Under the pieces are notes generated by a model, which saw only the letters and a list, made by a program, of their open reading frames with translations, was not told where the DNA came from and ran no database searches. Below, piece after piece: positions 12,659-25,449 of a stretch of 64,000 bases of DNA. The first letter of the stretch is position 1; each line of letters begins with the position of its first letter. The position numbers were made by a program, and so were the translations under genes. The stretch lies in NCBI GenBank assembly GCA_964016885.1, contig OZ024743.1:345774001-345838000 (forward strand), in the 5' to 3' direction. This DNA is from Eledone cirrhosa. Taxonomy: Eukaryota.

Positions 12659-13789
12659 AGTGGTAGTAGTGGCGGCGATGATAATAATGGTGATGACGTC
12701 GGTGATGTCGATGATAATGACGGTGACGACGTTGATCTGAAAGGTAAATTTGATGTGAGAGTTGAATGACGTGTTATTTAAAAGAGAGAAATAAGAAAGG
12801 AATATAAAAGTAAATGGACTTCTGTTGATTTCGATGATGAGTGAATATTAAACGAAATGGCTTTCTTGTTAAACTAACGGACAAGTGACTGCGTATTCTT
12901 TCAAACAGAGGCCCTTAGAATTGCTCGACCATCCGGCCGGCTTTAAAGTAGTTTTCGGCCGCCCATTTTCACTCGCAAGGCTTGGGTCCAATGAAAGCTA
13001 CGGCAAAAGATATTTGACAACATGTTACGCATTGGTATTTACCCCGGAACTTCATCAATGCGAAGCGACTTTCTTGACAATTCGATGATGCTGCCTTCAC
13101 CATTATATGGATTTTAAGAACTATTATATATATATATATATTTATTATATTCAATGTAATATATCAGAACTATCTTTGAAACGCGTCATTGTAACATGTC
13201 TTATTTGTCCATGTTCTGGTAGATTAAGTATTGCATGGAAGATGTAAAATATATACCAGCTTTTTTACCCTAAATATTACTGAAATACATATATAACCCT
13301 AAAAATTGTAATTATATATATGTAGATATTTGTTTTTACATTTCAAAAGAACGGTAGCATATTAAAATAGATTTAGGGTCGATATACTTTAATGACATAA
13401 AATGTATCGATGTCCGTTTCGCATGAATTGTTTTTAGCTGGATATCACTAATTTAACGACTAGTTAGGGACAAATTCGCTGCAAATTGGTGAGATGGGCT
13501 TCGCATATGAGGACCCTACAAACGACAGGGTTCAAGGAAAACAAACAAAACCAACGAAAATAAGAGGGAAGTGTTTATATAAACTGTATTCTAGAAATTA
13601 GTCATCTCTTCGCTATTCTAATCACAAAGTTGCTAACAAAGTGTTTGGGAACGAGAACCTACCAGTCAAGAAAAATTATAACAGAGAGAGAAGTTTAGTG
13701 TTGTGTGAAACCCAGAACAGATCCGCGTGTAGGTGGATTATCGAATGTTTGTTTCACGCTGTTTTAATCATTCCGTGTTTTATAAAATC

Positions 13790-14690
13790 TTCATGATATT
13801 TTTATTGCGTGCCGTCATTGCATTACCGAGTACTGGTCTATGAGACTTGGAAATAAACAGACTTGTTTCAGGTGATGTTATTTCTATTGCGTTGAGCGTA
13901 CTTTTCGTAATATTTGCGCAGTGCTCTTTCTTCATGTTATATATTTTCTATGTTAAGGGGATAAGGATATGTATCAGTCTCTGTTTGTGTTTTTATTATT
14001 CCCAACGCTCCTATTAATACATGAATTGTTTCTGTTTTCATTATCCACATTCTCCATTTATTTGTTAGATATATTGTATTCTGTAGGTAACGCTAGGGCC
14101 ATTAGCAAACGTCTTTTTCTTTGTGTTCTTTGATTATAATATCTGCAAGCTTAACTTTGATCTCCCTGTAAATGTGTATTGCTATATCCTAAAGTACGGT
14201 TGTTTTTGTTATTATCTGACACCTCTCCAGGTGTATGACTGTACCACATTTTTTCTGTTGGTATTTCCTAGATTTGACATTAATTCTATGATATGTAATT
14301 CTGAATCTCATCAGACTTGTGCATATATTCTCTTTTGGCTAAGGCAGGGCAATCAGAGAAAATATGATTGATTATTTCTTCCCCTTCTTAACATATTCTG
14401 TAGTTACTGAATTCTGCCTCATTATGTACTTTTCGTAATTATGTACTTTTCGTAATTTCTGGTGTGGAAATTTTAATTTTGTGCTACAATTAGACATCCC
14501 TCACTCTCGGCTTGTAGTACAGCGCGTCTTGGTCAATTTGGGGGAATTTCCTTGTCCATTATTTCCATATTGAGGTTTGCAAGTATTGGCCAGTTAAAGG
14601 ATTTTCTTGCTATCGTTTTAAAAGTCATGCGGAAGATCATTGTTTATGATGTATATCCTCAGCATTGCCAGTTTGTTGAGGTCGAGACAT
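13790..14690 (-). mobile_element. R4/Dong-clade LINE 3' fragment (zinc knuckle and restriction-like endonuclease), degenerate
   Basis: Minus-strand AESEGCLIVAQ..TRNY.KYI, RIC*EGEEIINHIFSDCPALAKREY, WYSHTP, IIIKEHK, RMWIMKTETIHVLIGALGII, AQILRKV. Confidence 0.8.
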
Positions 14691-14703
14691 AAATTACGGT
14701 GTT

Positions 14704-14801
<98 letters not shown>

Positions 14802-14893
14802 TTGTGTGTGTGTATGCGTGTGTGTATGTGTATGTATTTATATATATGGGAGAAGCAAACAAGATGAGAATAAAATCTTCACTTATTTACTTT

Positions 14894-14997
14894 AATGTTA
14901 CTTACTGCAGTTTCTTTGAAAAAATAGCAATATTCCGAGTAGATTATCGTGAGAAATCTCAAATCATCAGGAGACTTTCTCAGTGAAGAAAGAAAAT
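14894..14997 (-). ncRNA. Type I hammerhead ribozyme, inverted copy in the left arm
   Basis: Plus-strand TCATCAG 14964-14970 and TACTGCAGTTTC 14903-14914 give CUGAUGA...GAAACUGCAGUA on the minus strand. Confidence 0.6.
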
Positions 14998-15011
14998 TCC
15001 TCGCTGTCTTC

Positions 15012-15115
15012 AATGTTCTTTCTTGACCGAGAAAGTCTCCTGATGATTTGAAATTTCTCGCAATACTCTACTTGGAATATCGTTATTTTCTCAAAGAAAC
15101 TGCAGTAGGAACATT
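15012..15115 (+). ncRNA. Type I hammerhead ribozyme (minimal stem III, long stem II)
   Basis: CTGATGA 15040-15046; stem II tttga/tcaaa; GAAA 15096-15099; C-TGCA-G palindromic stem III; GUA triplet ending at 15107. Stem I aatgtt/aacatt with an inserted ctttct/agaaag hairpin. Confidence 0.65.
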
Positions 15116-15754
15116 AAAGTAAGTAAAGATTTTTTAAAAATCTTATTTGCTTTTCCCATATATAATTTTATTAAGCTCTGAATGTGTTGAATTTTGTTAA
15201 TTCTTTCATAGAGAAAAACTTAGTATCCGTTTCATGGATTTGCATGTATTTACTTGCGTAAATATATATATATATATATTTCTTAATATAAATGAATTCT
15301 GCCGCGTAGAGAATAGTCACTTCCACAATTATAGGCTGCTAAAGTGTGATAAATAACTAAGTATAGATTGAAAAGTATATATTGAAGTCAGCATTTGTAG
15401 ACAATTATAATAGACACAGAAACATATGTTAAACAAATAAATTCCTAATCTCCTTTCTCGCCGCTCTTTATATTTTTCTTGGTTTACTATTTACTTATAT
15501 ATATATAACGTGTTTCCGTAGGAAACGTAAAGGAAAGGAGAGTGCTGTATGTAGACTACAGAGTTTTTTAGTTAAGTAATAAACAATTTAGTTATGTAAT
15601 AACGATTTCAGACGTCTGCGTCAAGCTCGTCTGACTGCGTGAAACCTTTGGCAAATGAAATAATTATCTTATGTTGTTTATTACTGAACTATATATATAT
15701 ATATACATACATACATATACTGTAGTACAAGTCATGTGCATGAGCATCTGTAAG

Positions 15755-16175
15755 GCAGAAGGCTTTCGCGTTTAGCGGTAATGTAGGATTTTATGTTATT
15801 GGTAGACTCTTTTCACTGAATGGTGATTGAATATTGTTGATATTTATGGCCTACAGGAAAGAGAAGATCATGAAGGGCTAATACATTTCTACCGACATTG
15901 ATCTTCATATTAAGTGAATGGTGGCGTGGATCACACGACGGGTTTATCTATAAGTTATTTTCTTTCAAGATGTAGGGCGGTGGGGTGGAGAGTGAGTGAT
16001 TATTTTGGGAATCCGTTGTTGCTCAGGGCTGAGTTGTAGCAGGGTGCTGTCCTGACAGAGATGTCTTTGCTAGAAGGGTGACTAGATATTTAAACACTAT
16101 AGGTTTGTGGCTAGGATCCTTGTGAATATACCTGATTTCCGCTGGGTTTGTTCAATGGTCCCTATGTGCGTGTAC
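15755..16175 (-). mobile_element. Penelope-like element coding relic (RT thumb and linker)
   Basis: Minus-strand [19 protein letters not shown]...SSKDISVRTAPCYNSALSNNGF...PP.SLNMKINVGRNVLAL..LLFPVGHKY..IFNHHSVK. This parallels the PLE pattern YINxxSNHPP...APxYNxAL...WFNPP...FP.GHK...IFNRNTVK. Confidence 0.7.
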
Positions 16176-16182
16176 GTTGGAT

Positions 16183-16220
<38 letters not shown>

Positions 16221-16367
16221 TATATATATATACACACATATATATATATATATATATACACGAACAACTTGATTACAGTCTCGATCTACACATTGTATAT
16301 ACATATATGTCTATATATATATATATGTATATATATGTGTGTGTGTTTGTGTGTGTTTGTACATGTA

Positions 16368-16517
<150 letters not shown>

Positions 16518-16551
16518 CATATCTATAGATATATAGATATATCTATATATA

Positions 16552-16593
16552 TCTATATCAGTTAGAAATATATATGAGAATGTGCTGGTGCAT

Positions 16594-16647
<54 letters not shown>

Positions 16648-16685
16648 ACCACCACATTCTCATATATATTTCTAACTGATATAGA
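16552..16685. repeat. ~43-bp inverted repeat flanking a central (TA)n tract
   Basis: 16552-16594 matches the reverse complement of 16643-16685. Confidence 0.85.
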
Positions 16686-16926
16686 CGTCGGAGTTAGATG
16701 TAGGAATAAGCAAAACGTGAGGTGAAATGGCAAAACTCTAAAGCATTATATTGTTTTCTGTGTATGTAAATATATGCAAATATGTTCACTTCAAATACGT
16801 TATAGTGAAATGGCGAAATGATACGTGCCTTTGTATCAGTGGCTACTCAAAAGACGCACACTCTCTCTCAAACACATACACATACATATACATACATACA
16901 TACACACACACATATATATATATATA

Positions 16927-17050
<124 letters not shown>

Positions 17051-17358
17051 GAAACTCAAGCGCAATATCATTAAGACTTCAAATGTCATGAAATATTTGA
17101 GAAATAGTGAAGGAGAGGTAGTACGAAATATATAAATGGGGATTAAATAAAGCATTGGAAATGGAAAAAGAGGATTTTGGGAGAGGGTGAATGAGTGAAT
17201 GAGAAATTGAGAGAATTGAAGAGTGAGAGAAAGAGAAAATAATCATAAATAATACTATTAATCATACAAAAAGGTTCTCAATTCAACTTACTATTTATGT
17301 TTTCCATACCCGTTTATATGCACAACAGCAACATATTTAAGATAATAGTATCGAATAA

Positions 17359-17392
<34 letters not shown>

Positions 17393-17789
17393 TTGTGTGT
17401 GTGTGTGAGTATGTGCGTGTATGTGTGTGTGTGTGTGTGTTTGTGTGTGTTTGTGCGTGTGTTTGTGTGTGTGTGTGAGTGTGTGTGTGTGTGCGTGTAA
17501 ATATGCGTGCTTGTGTGTGGCTGTGTGTGTTTGCACGCTTGTGTGAGTGTGTTCAAAGAAATCTTTGACAGATACTCCAAAATTGCACCTGTCCTTACCA
17601 GCTTAGTGAAAACGAAAAAAAAAAAAAAAACCGAAATTCTGAAATCACTTTCAACTTTTGTGTTTCAGGGACAATAAATAGATCAGCTTACGGGTATTGA
17701 GCGCTTGGTCAGTTAATGCTGGAATGACATGTGTACAACAGTTATATGTACTACGAAAGCAAAAACTACTGAATCTGTCCAGTGTTTCT

Positions 17790-19040
17790 TTCCTGAGACA
17801 TTCTAACCACATGCCCATAATATCGTAGCTGTGATCTCACAACTCGGAGAAGTAGCGGATATAACTAGGGCGACACTCTAATTTTCCAGCTAAGCATTCT
17901 ATCGATTAACGTTACTCCAAATTCAGCCGCTTGTATTTGCGAGAATATTCTTTCTGTCATTACCCAAGATACATGATAATAAGTAAACGTTGGCACGAAT
18001 ACCGAATTGAAGATAGTAAGTTTTACTTTTTCACATACTTCCTTTCTTTTGATTAACGATTGCATAAGCTGACGCATTACTGCATTAGTTTCTGCAATTC
18101 TCGCACATATTTTAGCCCCCTGCCTTCCGTCACTCGTCAACAGAGCTGTGGGATATTTGAGCTCCGACAGCTACAGTGGAACTCCATTCAGATGTTGATT
18201 GAAATTCCTAAACTCACTTGAGAGAACGATTTTGTCAGTTTGCGCAGCACTGATTCTTGTTCGAGCCGTGCATCTCTCGTGATCAAAACTATCAAGTGCA
18301 AGTCGGAAATCTCCTCCAGTGAAGTTAAGTAACACGACGTCGTCTGCAAATTCCAGCCAACACATTCTACACCTGCCAGTCGTGATATCACTTACAGCCC
18401 AGCCGATTATGTAAATATTGTTCATGAAAATATTTCACAGGAGGGTTGACAATACGCACTCTTGGCGGAATTCGACCCCCACATTGAATGGTTTCGATTT
18501 AGCATCATTTAACCGATCACAAATACTCGGCCATTCGTATAGACATCAGGTCAATAGGAATCTGAGCATTAATCCCATGCTCCTGCAGAACCTTCCACAG
18601 CATGTCGCTTGGAACGCGGTCATATGTCTTTCTGAGGTCTACAAAGAAAGATTACACCTCTTGGATGTACTCCCACGATTTCTCAAAGACATGCCATAGT
18701 GTGAATATTTTTTGTCGGCAGTGCTGCGTCCGGGGCAAAAACCACACTGTTTATCTGTTAGCATAGACTCGACAATCTCACTACATCTCTTTGCCAGACA
18801 CTTAGTATAGACTTTAGCGATGAGACTTAACAAGGAGATCGCTCTATAATTGGATAAATCTCTCATGCCTCCCTTTTAGAAAAATGGGATTAACATTCTC
18901 GAGTGCCTTAGCTTAGGTGCATTTCCAGAAATCCAGGCCACCAAGCACACATGAGTCAGTCTGAGGATACCTTCTGTATTTCAGACTTTCAACATCTTGG
19001 GCTGAATTTCAACTTACCCATCGGCCTTCCATGTTTGAGG
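17790..19040 (-). mobile_element. RTE-clade (Rex3/Expander-like) LINE RT fragment
   Basis: NYRAISLLSLIAKVY..CL.KR...QCGF.PGRST, FADDVVLL, TSDGRQ...RIAETNAVMRQL...VKLTIFNSVFVPTFTYYHVSWVMTER..SQIQAAE. Confidence 0.88.
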
Positions 19041-19298
19041 TCTTTTGTGCTTTTGGGGTTTTTATCCGTCGTAAATATTCATCCACTATTTCGTAAATAA
19101 CACGTAATATTACATTATTTTGTTTTTTATTAAATATATGTATGTATGTATATATATATATATAGTTAGGGAAGCAGAAAAGTGCTTATTGTGATCCAGT
19201 CCGTGGTTAAGAAAGCCTGTTTCATGGACGGTTTCAACGTACGGTTAGGGGTAACTCCACAAGTTTGTAAGAATTCCGTTCAATCTTGGAGTATAAAG

Positions 19299-19735
19299 TA
19301 TAAAATAGAAAACACAGGTAAGCATTAAGAGAAGGATTTTATCCAGGTATTTACGACCGTTTCATTGGTAAGTGCAACCTTATATTGCTATACTGCAAAT
19401 AGCAGCCACTCAATTATTTGTTATTCACGTCCAAATTTTCAAAATAGTGAGTAAGTTACTCTTGAAATATTTCTTAATATACAGAGAAAAACATTTTTTA
19501 AAAATTGTATTTACTAGTATAGAGAGAGAGAGAGAGGAAGGGGAATTAGAAAGTGAGGGGACAAACGGAATAGTATAGAGAGAGAGGAAGGAGGAGGCGC
19601 GTTAGGAAGTAGAGTGACAAACTGAGATGGAGGGAGGGGTAGAGGTGGAAAGATTCCTTGAACAGTTTTGATAGGTAGACTTCATGTCGTCGATTGTAGT
19701 GAGTTAAAGAGAATTAAATTGATCATAGTGGGATG

Positions 19736-19812
<77 letters not shown>

Positions 19813-20314
19813 ATATATTAAAAATAAAGATAAAAATAATAATGATAAAAATAAAAGTAAAGAAGGGGGGAGAAAGAAGAAAAGAAAAGATAGCCAAAAA
19901 GGGAGGGAAGAAAGGAAGAAAACGAAGAAATAGAAGAGGAATGAAGGAGAAGGGAGGGAGATAGGTATTGGTTTTTGTGGGTAATTAAAAGGGTTTAGAT
20001 ACAATAAGAGGGTATAAAGTCTAAGTATATGCAGTTTGTCAGTTGGTAGTAAGAGGTTAAGGGTTCGATTTGCACTTGTAGTGCGAACACTTCTCTTTGA
20101 GTCTATGTTTACAATAAATTGATCTTTCGATGTTATTGTTAACTTATTCTTCGAACTCAAAATGTGGAACAGCTCAAGGTCACATAATCACGTGAACAAC
20201 AATTATAATTGAGTGGCTGCTATTTGCAGTATAGCAATATAAGGTTGCACTTACCAATGAAACGGTCGTAAATACCTGGATAAAATCCTTCTCTTAATGC
20301 TTGCCTGTGTTTTC

Positions 20315-20323
<9 letters not shown>
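19299..20323 (-). mobile_element. Probable Penelope-like 3' end with an inverted partial pLTR (~130-bp inverted repeats)
   Basis: 19299-19430 and 20190-20323 are inverted copies. The arm carries GAAA-CGGTCG-TA (20259-20270). The interior has a decayed RLKE...TLN C-terminus (about 20055-20105, minus) and a (GA)n tract. The right arm ends in (TA)n. Confidence 0.55.
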
Positions 20324-20354
<31 letters not shown>

Positions 20355-20471
20355 GTATATCAAGATAAATTAACGGAGCCATGGACTCTCGTTATTCCCT
20401 GTAAATTATGTGCTCAAAGGTAAAGGAATCCTGAGCTCTTTAAAATACAATATGTAGAAAGCGTAACACAC

Positions 20472-20507
<36 letters not shown>

Positions 20508-20524
20508 AGAGAAAGAGAGAGAGA

Positions 20525-20577
<53 letters not shown>

Positions 20578-21018
20578 TGTGCCATCTATAAAACAGGGAA
20601 ACCACCAGTGTATGGAATCTATAAACTATGGAAGGCAGGGTAGACACAATAATTAAAAATATAAATTAAAATGCGCATACGCATCTCTATAACTATATCA
20701 CACACACGTACAAATCCAAAGAGATCTGTTTCGCCAAGAAATTATTGACTGAAATGGAAGCGCCTATGATTCATCAGCGTGTGTAAGACAAATACATTAG
20801 CTCTAGGAAAGCAATTTTTCCGAGCCGTATAATATTTGATAAATTCGGCTCCATTAATTCGTCGAGCTAATTCAAAAGTCAAGTAAACCCGGCTGCTATT
20901 TTTAGTGGTGTCAGTCTGCGAGACACGCTAAGTTCTGATAACATGTGCGTTGTTATATATACGCACACTATCCAGTTTTTTTTATATACTTAGAAGTGAC
21001 CAGGTTACTAATAATTCT

Positions 21019-21099
21019 TCACCCGCTGATGAGCAAGGATTTGGTATTCCTCTTCACAATCAATATTGCGAAACAGTATTATCAAAACTGTCCGTGTGA
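21019..21099 (+). ncRNA. Type I hammerhead ribozyme with a complete three-stem fold
   Basis: Stem I tcacccg/cgtgtga (6 of 7 pairs); CTGATGA 21026-21032; stem II gcaa/ttgc; GAAA 21070-21073; stem III cagt/actg; GUC with predicted cleavage after 21092. Confidence 0.78.
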
Positions 21100-21270
21100 T
21101 TGGTAGTTACCACAATTCTGGTTAGTATTTATTTTCTTGATTTATTCTTAAATTGAGTCTAGCAAACCCTATTGTCTATAGTTAGTATTCTCTTCACCTT
21201 AGCGAATCTGGTCCCTTACGATTTAAAAACATATATGTATATGTCTGTGTTCGTTTTTCTTTTTCGTTCA

Positions 21271-21302
<32 letters not shown>

Positions 21303-21363
21303 AATATATATATATGTATATATATATAGTAAATATGTATATATGTATATATGTATATACATA

Positions 21364-21407
<44 letters not shown>

Positions 21408-21482
21408 ACTACTCTCTATATTATTGCATTACGATTGACCATACGGAATAGACCAGCTCTATACAGTGGTGAACCTCAAACC

Positions 21483-21534
<52 letters not shown>

Positions 21535-21620
21535 CACACATATATATAAATATATATAAACAAGCAAATTATAAATGTAAACATGTAAGTATGTTTTTGA
21601 AAGGGTGCGCGAGTTTGAAA

Positions 21621-21832
21621 ATTAGAAATTAGAAATTATAAGCTTTCACCGTATTTTAGACTAAAGAAATTTCTAGCCTGATAGAGGGGTTTATAACCCT
21701 CGGAGAAATGGAAAAAGATGTACAGCAGCACTCATATTTTTCCATTTCTCCGAGGGTTATAAACCCCACTATCAGGCTAGAAATTTCTTTGGTCTAACAT
21801 ACGGCGAAAGCTTATAATTTCTAATTTCTAAT
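21621..21832. repeat. Foldback element with ~96-bp arms and ~20-nt loop, right end on (TA)n
   Basis: 21621-21716 matches the reverse complement of 21737-21832. The arm contains GAAA-GCTT-ATA but no CUGANGA core. Confidence 0.9.
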
Positions 21833-21853
21833 ATATATATATATATATATATA

Positions 21854-22463
21854 TGGTGGCTGCCAACTCGTTTTCGAGCACGGCCACTACTTTATATCCA
21901 TGTAGGAGAACCCCTACCGATGCGCTGAACGTGTGTGACTTTTTAGTCCAGCCAGAGACTTGAAAACTCTGGTACAAACACTTCACTTGTGACAATTATT
22001 GTCACATAGTGCTGGCCCCATGGTACCATGTGACGACAAGTGCAGAGAGATCTCCAAATATAATACTATGCCTGTGTCGTGAAGCTTTTATAGTGAGCAA
22101 AGGCACTGCACAAAGCCAGTCCCACTCTCTTGACCAATATGATATGTACCAAAAAGAAAAACAAGTCAACATCATTGGATACCATCAGGTTTGCAGGTGT
22201 TATATCAGAGTTTTCCTTCTCCTAGAATTCTGCCTTGACAAAGGCAAAGGGGTCATCTCTCCCGGTGATTTTGGATGGCCATTGTCACTTAAAAGGTCCT
22301 TTGCCCTTTGACATGTTTTGTTTTTTAGTCCTGCAGGATGTCCAAAGTCACCCTCTTCACCAAGAAACCTAGGTGTGGTTGGCAGTTTAATCGCCAACGA
22401 CCCGACAATGAGACAGGTTGTACTGGGATATATGTTACCAGTAGCACCAACTGGTGACCTGAC
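21854..22463 (-). mobile_element. Non-autonomous bipartite RTE-derived retroelement, copy 1
   Basis: RTE-type 5' UTR motif ctaggagaaggaaaactctgat joined to an RTE-type C2H2 C-terminus and a 3' end ...ttggcagccacca(TA)n. Both ends abut TA microsatellite. Confidence 0.75.
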
Positions 22464-22519
22464 ATATATATACATACATATATATATACATACATATATA
22501 TATATATATTTATATATAC

Positions 22520-22631
<112 letters not shown>

Positions 22632-22778
22632 TAAGGGTTGACTGACCCATCATATTTATTAATGCCAGTACCGGTTGTATCTCAGCGCCCTCAATGGGGA
22701 ATGTAAGATACATTACCAGAGTATACACATTGTTATTTGCCTCAACGCAACACACATAAAACGGTTGCCTATAAGGTT

Positions 22779-22888
22779 CCCGGACTCGAGTTTCTGCAGC
22801 ACTAATGCAGTAGTAAGGTGCACTGCACCATCTGTCTGCATATATTATACAACAATGCACAATCGGCTTATGCGGCTTCATCAGCGGG
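22779..22888 (-). ncRNA. Type I hammerhead ribozyme (palindromic UCGA loop III, ~85-nt stem II)
   Basis: Minus strand: cccg-CUGAUGA (plus TCATCAG 22878-22884)-long stem II-GAAA (plus TTTC 22791-22794)-C UCGA G-UC-cggg. Predicted cleavage between 22783 and 22782. Confidence 0.68.
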
Positions 22889-23231
22889 TATCGCCTAATC
22901 AATAACCAATCGATCGACATAATCCAAACACCGGCCCGTGCCTGTTATGACTGTTTGTGACAACCGACACGGTAAAGCGATTAACTGGCAACCGACAGTA
23001 CTCTATCTCTCAACTAGCCACTGATTTACAAATTTTACGTGGGTACGGGAAGCTAAAATGAATCAATCTATTAGATCCTGTCAGAAGCACTCACCCAACG
23101 TGTCTCACACACAATTATCAAGGGGTGAAAAAATAGCTATTAGAAATAGCAGTTCACATTGATATAAAATAGAATGGTAGCATTCGGTTCATGTCTCTAA
23201 GCCCCATGACTAGAGGTAAGCGATGGTATCG

Positions 23232-23267
<36 letters not shown>

Positions 23268-23384
23268 AATATATATATATATATGTATGTATGTATATAT
23301 ATAAAAGGAACGATCGACTTTCGTTAAATCGGACCGAGGAAACAATGTTTCCGTTGGTCTTTCCAATTGCTAATACTATCTATC

Positions 23385-23480
23385 TGTCGCAACTCCAGGT
23401 AGAAGGAGCAACGTGAAATAAAGTGTCTTGCTCAAGGACATAACACATCGACTGGTCCAGGAATCGAACTCACAACCTTT
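23385..23480 (-). mobile_element. Second tRNA-SINE family, fragment
   Basis: gagcaacgtgaaataaagtgtcttgctcaaggacataac..aggaatcgaactcacaac is an inverse copy of part of the element at 28345-28505. Confidence 0.7.
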
Positions 23481-23647
23481 AAAGCTATATATTATATATA
23501 TATATGAATTGGATTCGCAATTGTTGAGGTTATGTATATATATATATATACGTACATATACATATATATGTATGTATGTATATATATTTATGTATGTATA
23601 TATGTATGTATATATATATATACATACATATATACATATATATATAT

Positions 23648-24254
23648 GTCAGGTCACCAGTTTGTGCTACTGGTAACATGTATCCCAGTTCAACCTGTCT
23701 CATTGTCGGGTCGTTGGCGAATAAACTAGCAACCCCACCAAGGTTTCTTGGTGAGGAGGGTGACTTTGGACATCCTGCAGGACTAAAAACAAAACCTGTC
23801 AAAGGGCAAAGGAGCTCTTAAGAGTCAATGGCCATCCAAAATCACTGGGAGAGATGACCCCTTAGCCTTTGTCAAGGCAGAATTCTAGGAGAAGGAAAAC
23901 TCTGATATAACACCTGCAACCCTGATGGTATCCAATGATGTTGACTTGTTCTTCTTTTTGGTAAATATCATCTTGGTTAAGAGAGTGGGACTGGCTTTGT
24001 GCAGTGCCTTTGCTCACTATAAAAGCTTCACGGCACGGGCATAGCTTTATATCTGGAGATCTCTCTGCACTTGCCGTCACATGGTACCATGGGCCCAGCA
24101 CTGTGTCAATAATTGTCACAAGTGTAGTGTTTGTACCAGAGTTTTCAAGTCGCTGGCTGGACTAAAAATTCACACTCGTTCAACGCATCGGTAGGGGTTC
24201 TCCTACATGGATATAAAGTAGTGGCCGTACTCGAAAACGAGTTGGCAGCCACCA
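23648..24254 (+). mobile_element. Non-autonomous bipartite RTE-derived retroelement, copy 2
   Basis: Inverted near-copy of 21854-22463 with the same 5' start (GTCAGGTCACC) and 3' end (GCAGCCACCA). Confidence 0.75.
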
Positions 24255-24361
24255 TATATATATATGTATGTATGTATATATATATATATATATGTATGTA
24301 TATATATATATATGTATGTATGTATGTATATATTTATATATATATGCATGTATGTATATAT

Positions 24362-24395
<34 letters not shown>

Positions 24396-24418
24396 GTATA
24401 TATATATATATATGTATG

Positions 24419-24449
<31 letters not shown>

Positions 24450-24510
24450 ATATATATATATATGTATGTATATATATATATATATATATATATGAATGTA
24501 TGTATACATG

Positions 24511-24573
<63 letters not shown>

Positions 24574-24756
24574 ATGTATATATATATATATATATATATA
24601 AATGTATGTATATATATATAAATGTATGTATATATATATATGTATGTATATATGTATATATATGTATATATGTATGTATATATGTATGTATATATGTATA
24701 TATATATATGTATGTATATATGTATATATATATATGTATGTATATATATATATATG

Positions 24757-24805
<49 letters not shown>

Positions 24806-25080
24806 GTATATTTATATATATGTATGTATATATATATATATATATGTATATGTGTATGTGTATGTATGTGTATATATGTATATGTATGTGTATATATATA
24901 TGTATATATATATGTATATATATATGTATATATGTATATATGTGTATATATGTATGTATGTATGTATATATATATATATATGTATGTATATATGTATATA
25001 TATATATATATGTATGTATATGTGTATATATATATGTATATATATATATATATATGTATGTATATATGTATATATATGTG

Positions 25081-25116
<36 letters not shown>

Positions 25117-25402
25117 TGTTTGTATATATATATATATATATGAATGTATGTATACATGTATATATATATATGTATATATATATATATGTATGTATATGTA
25201 TATATATATATATAAATGTATGTATATATATAAATGTATGTATATATATATATGTATGTATATATGTATATATATGTATATATGTATGTATATATGTATG
25301 TATATATGTATATATATATATATATGTATGTATATATGTATATATATATATGTATGTATATATATATATATGTATATATATATATGTATATATATATATA
25401 TG

Positions 25403-25449
<47 letters not shown>

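Larger units (their letters stand above)
14841..15164. repeat. Foldback element with ~155-bp inverted arms and a hammerhead in each arm
   Basis: 14841-14997 is the approximate reverse complement of 15012-15164. Both outer ends finish in TATATA. Confidence 0.9.

Noticed and set aside
20720-20783. Minus-strand CUGAUGA...GAAA as a hammerhead
   Set aside because: Stems I and II do not pair and there is no correctly placed cleavage triplet.
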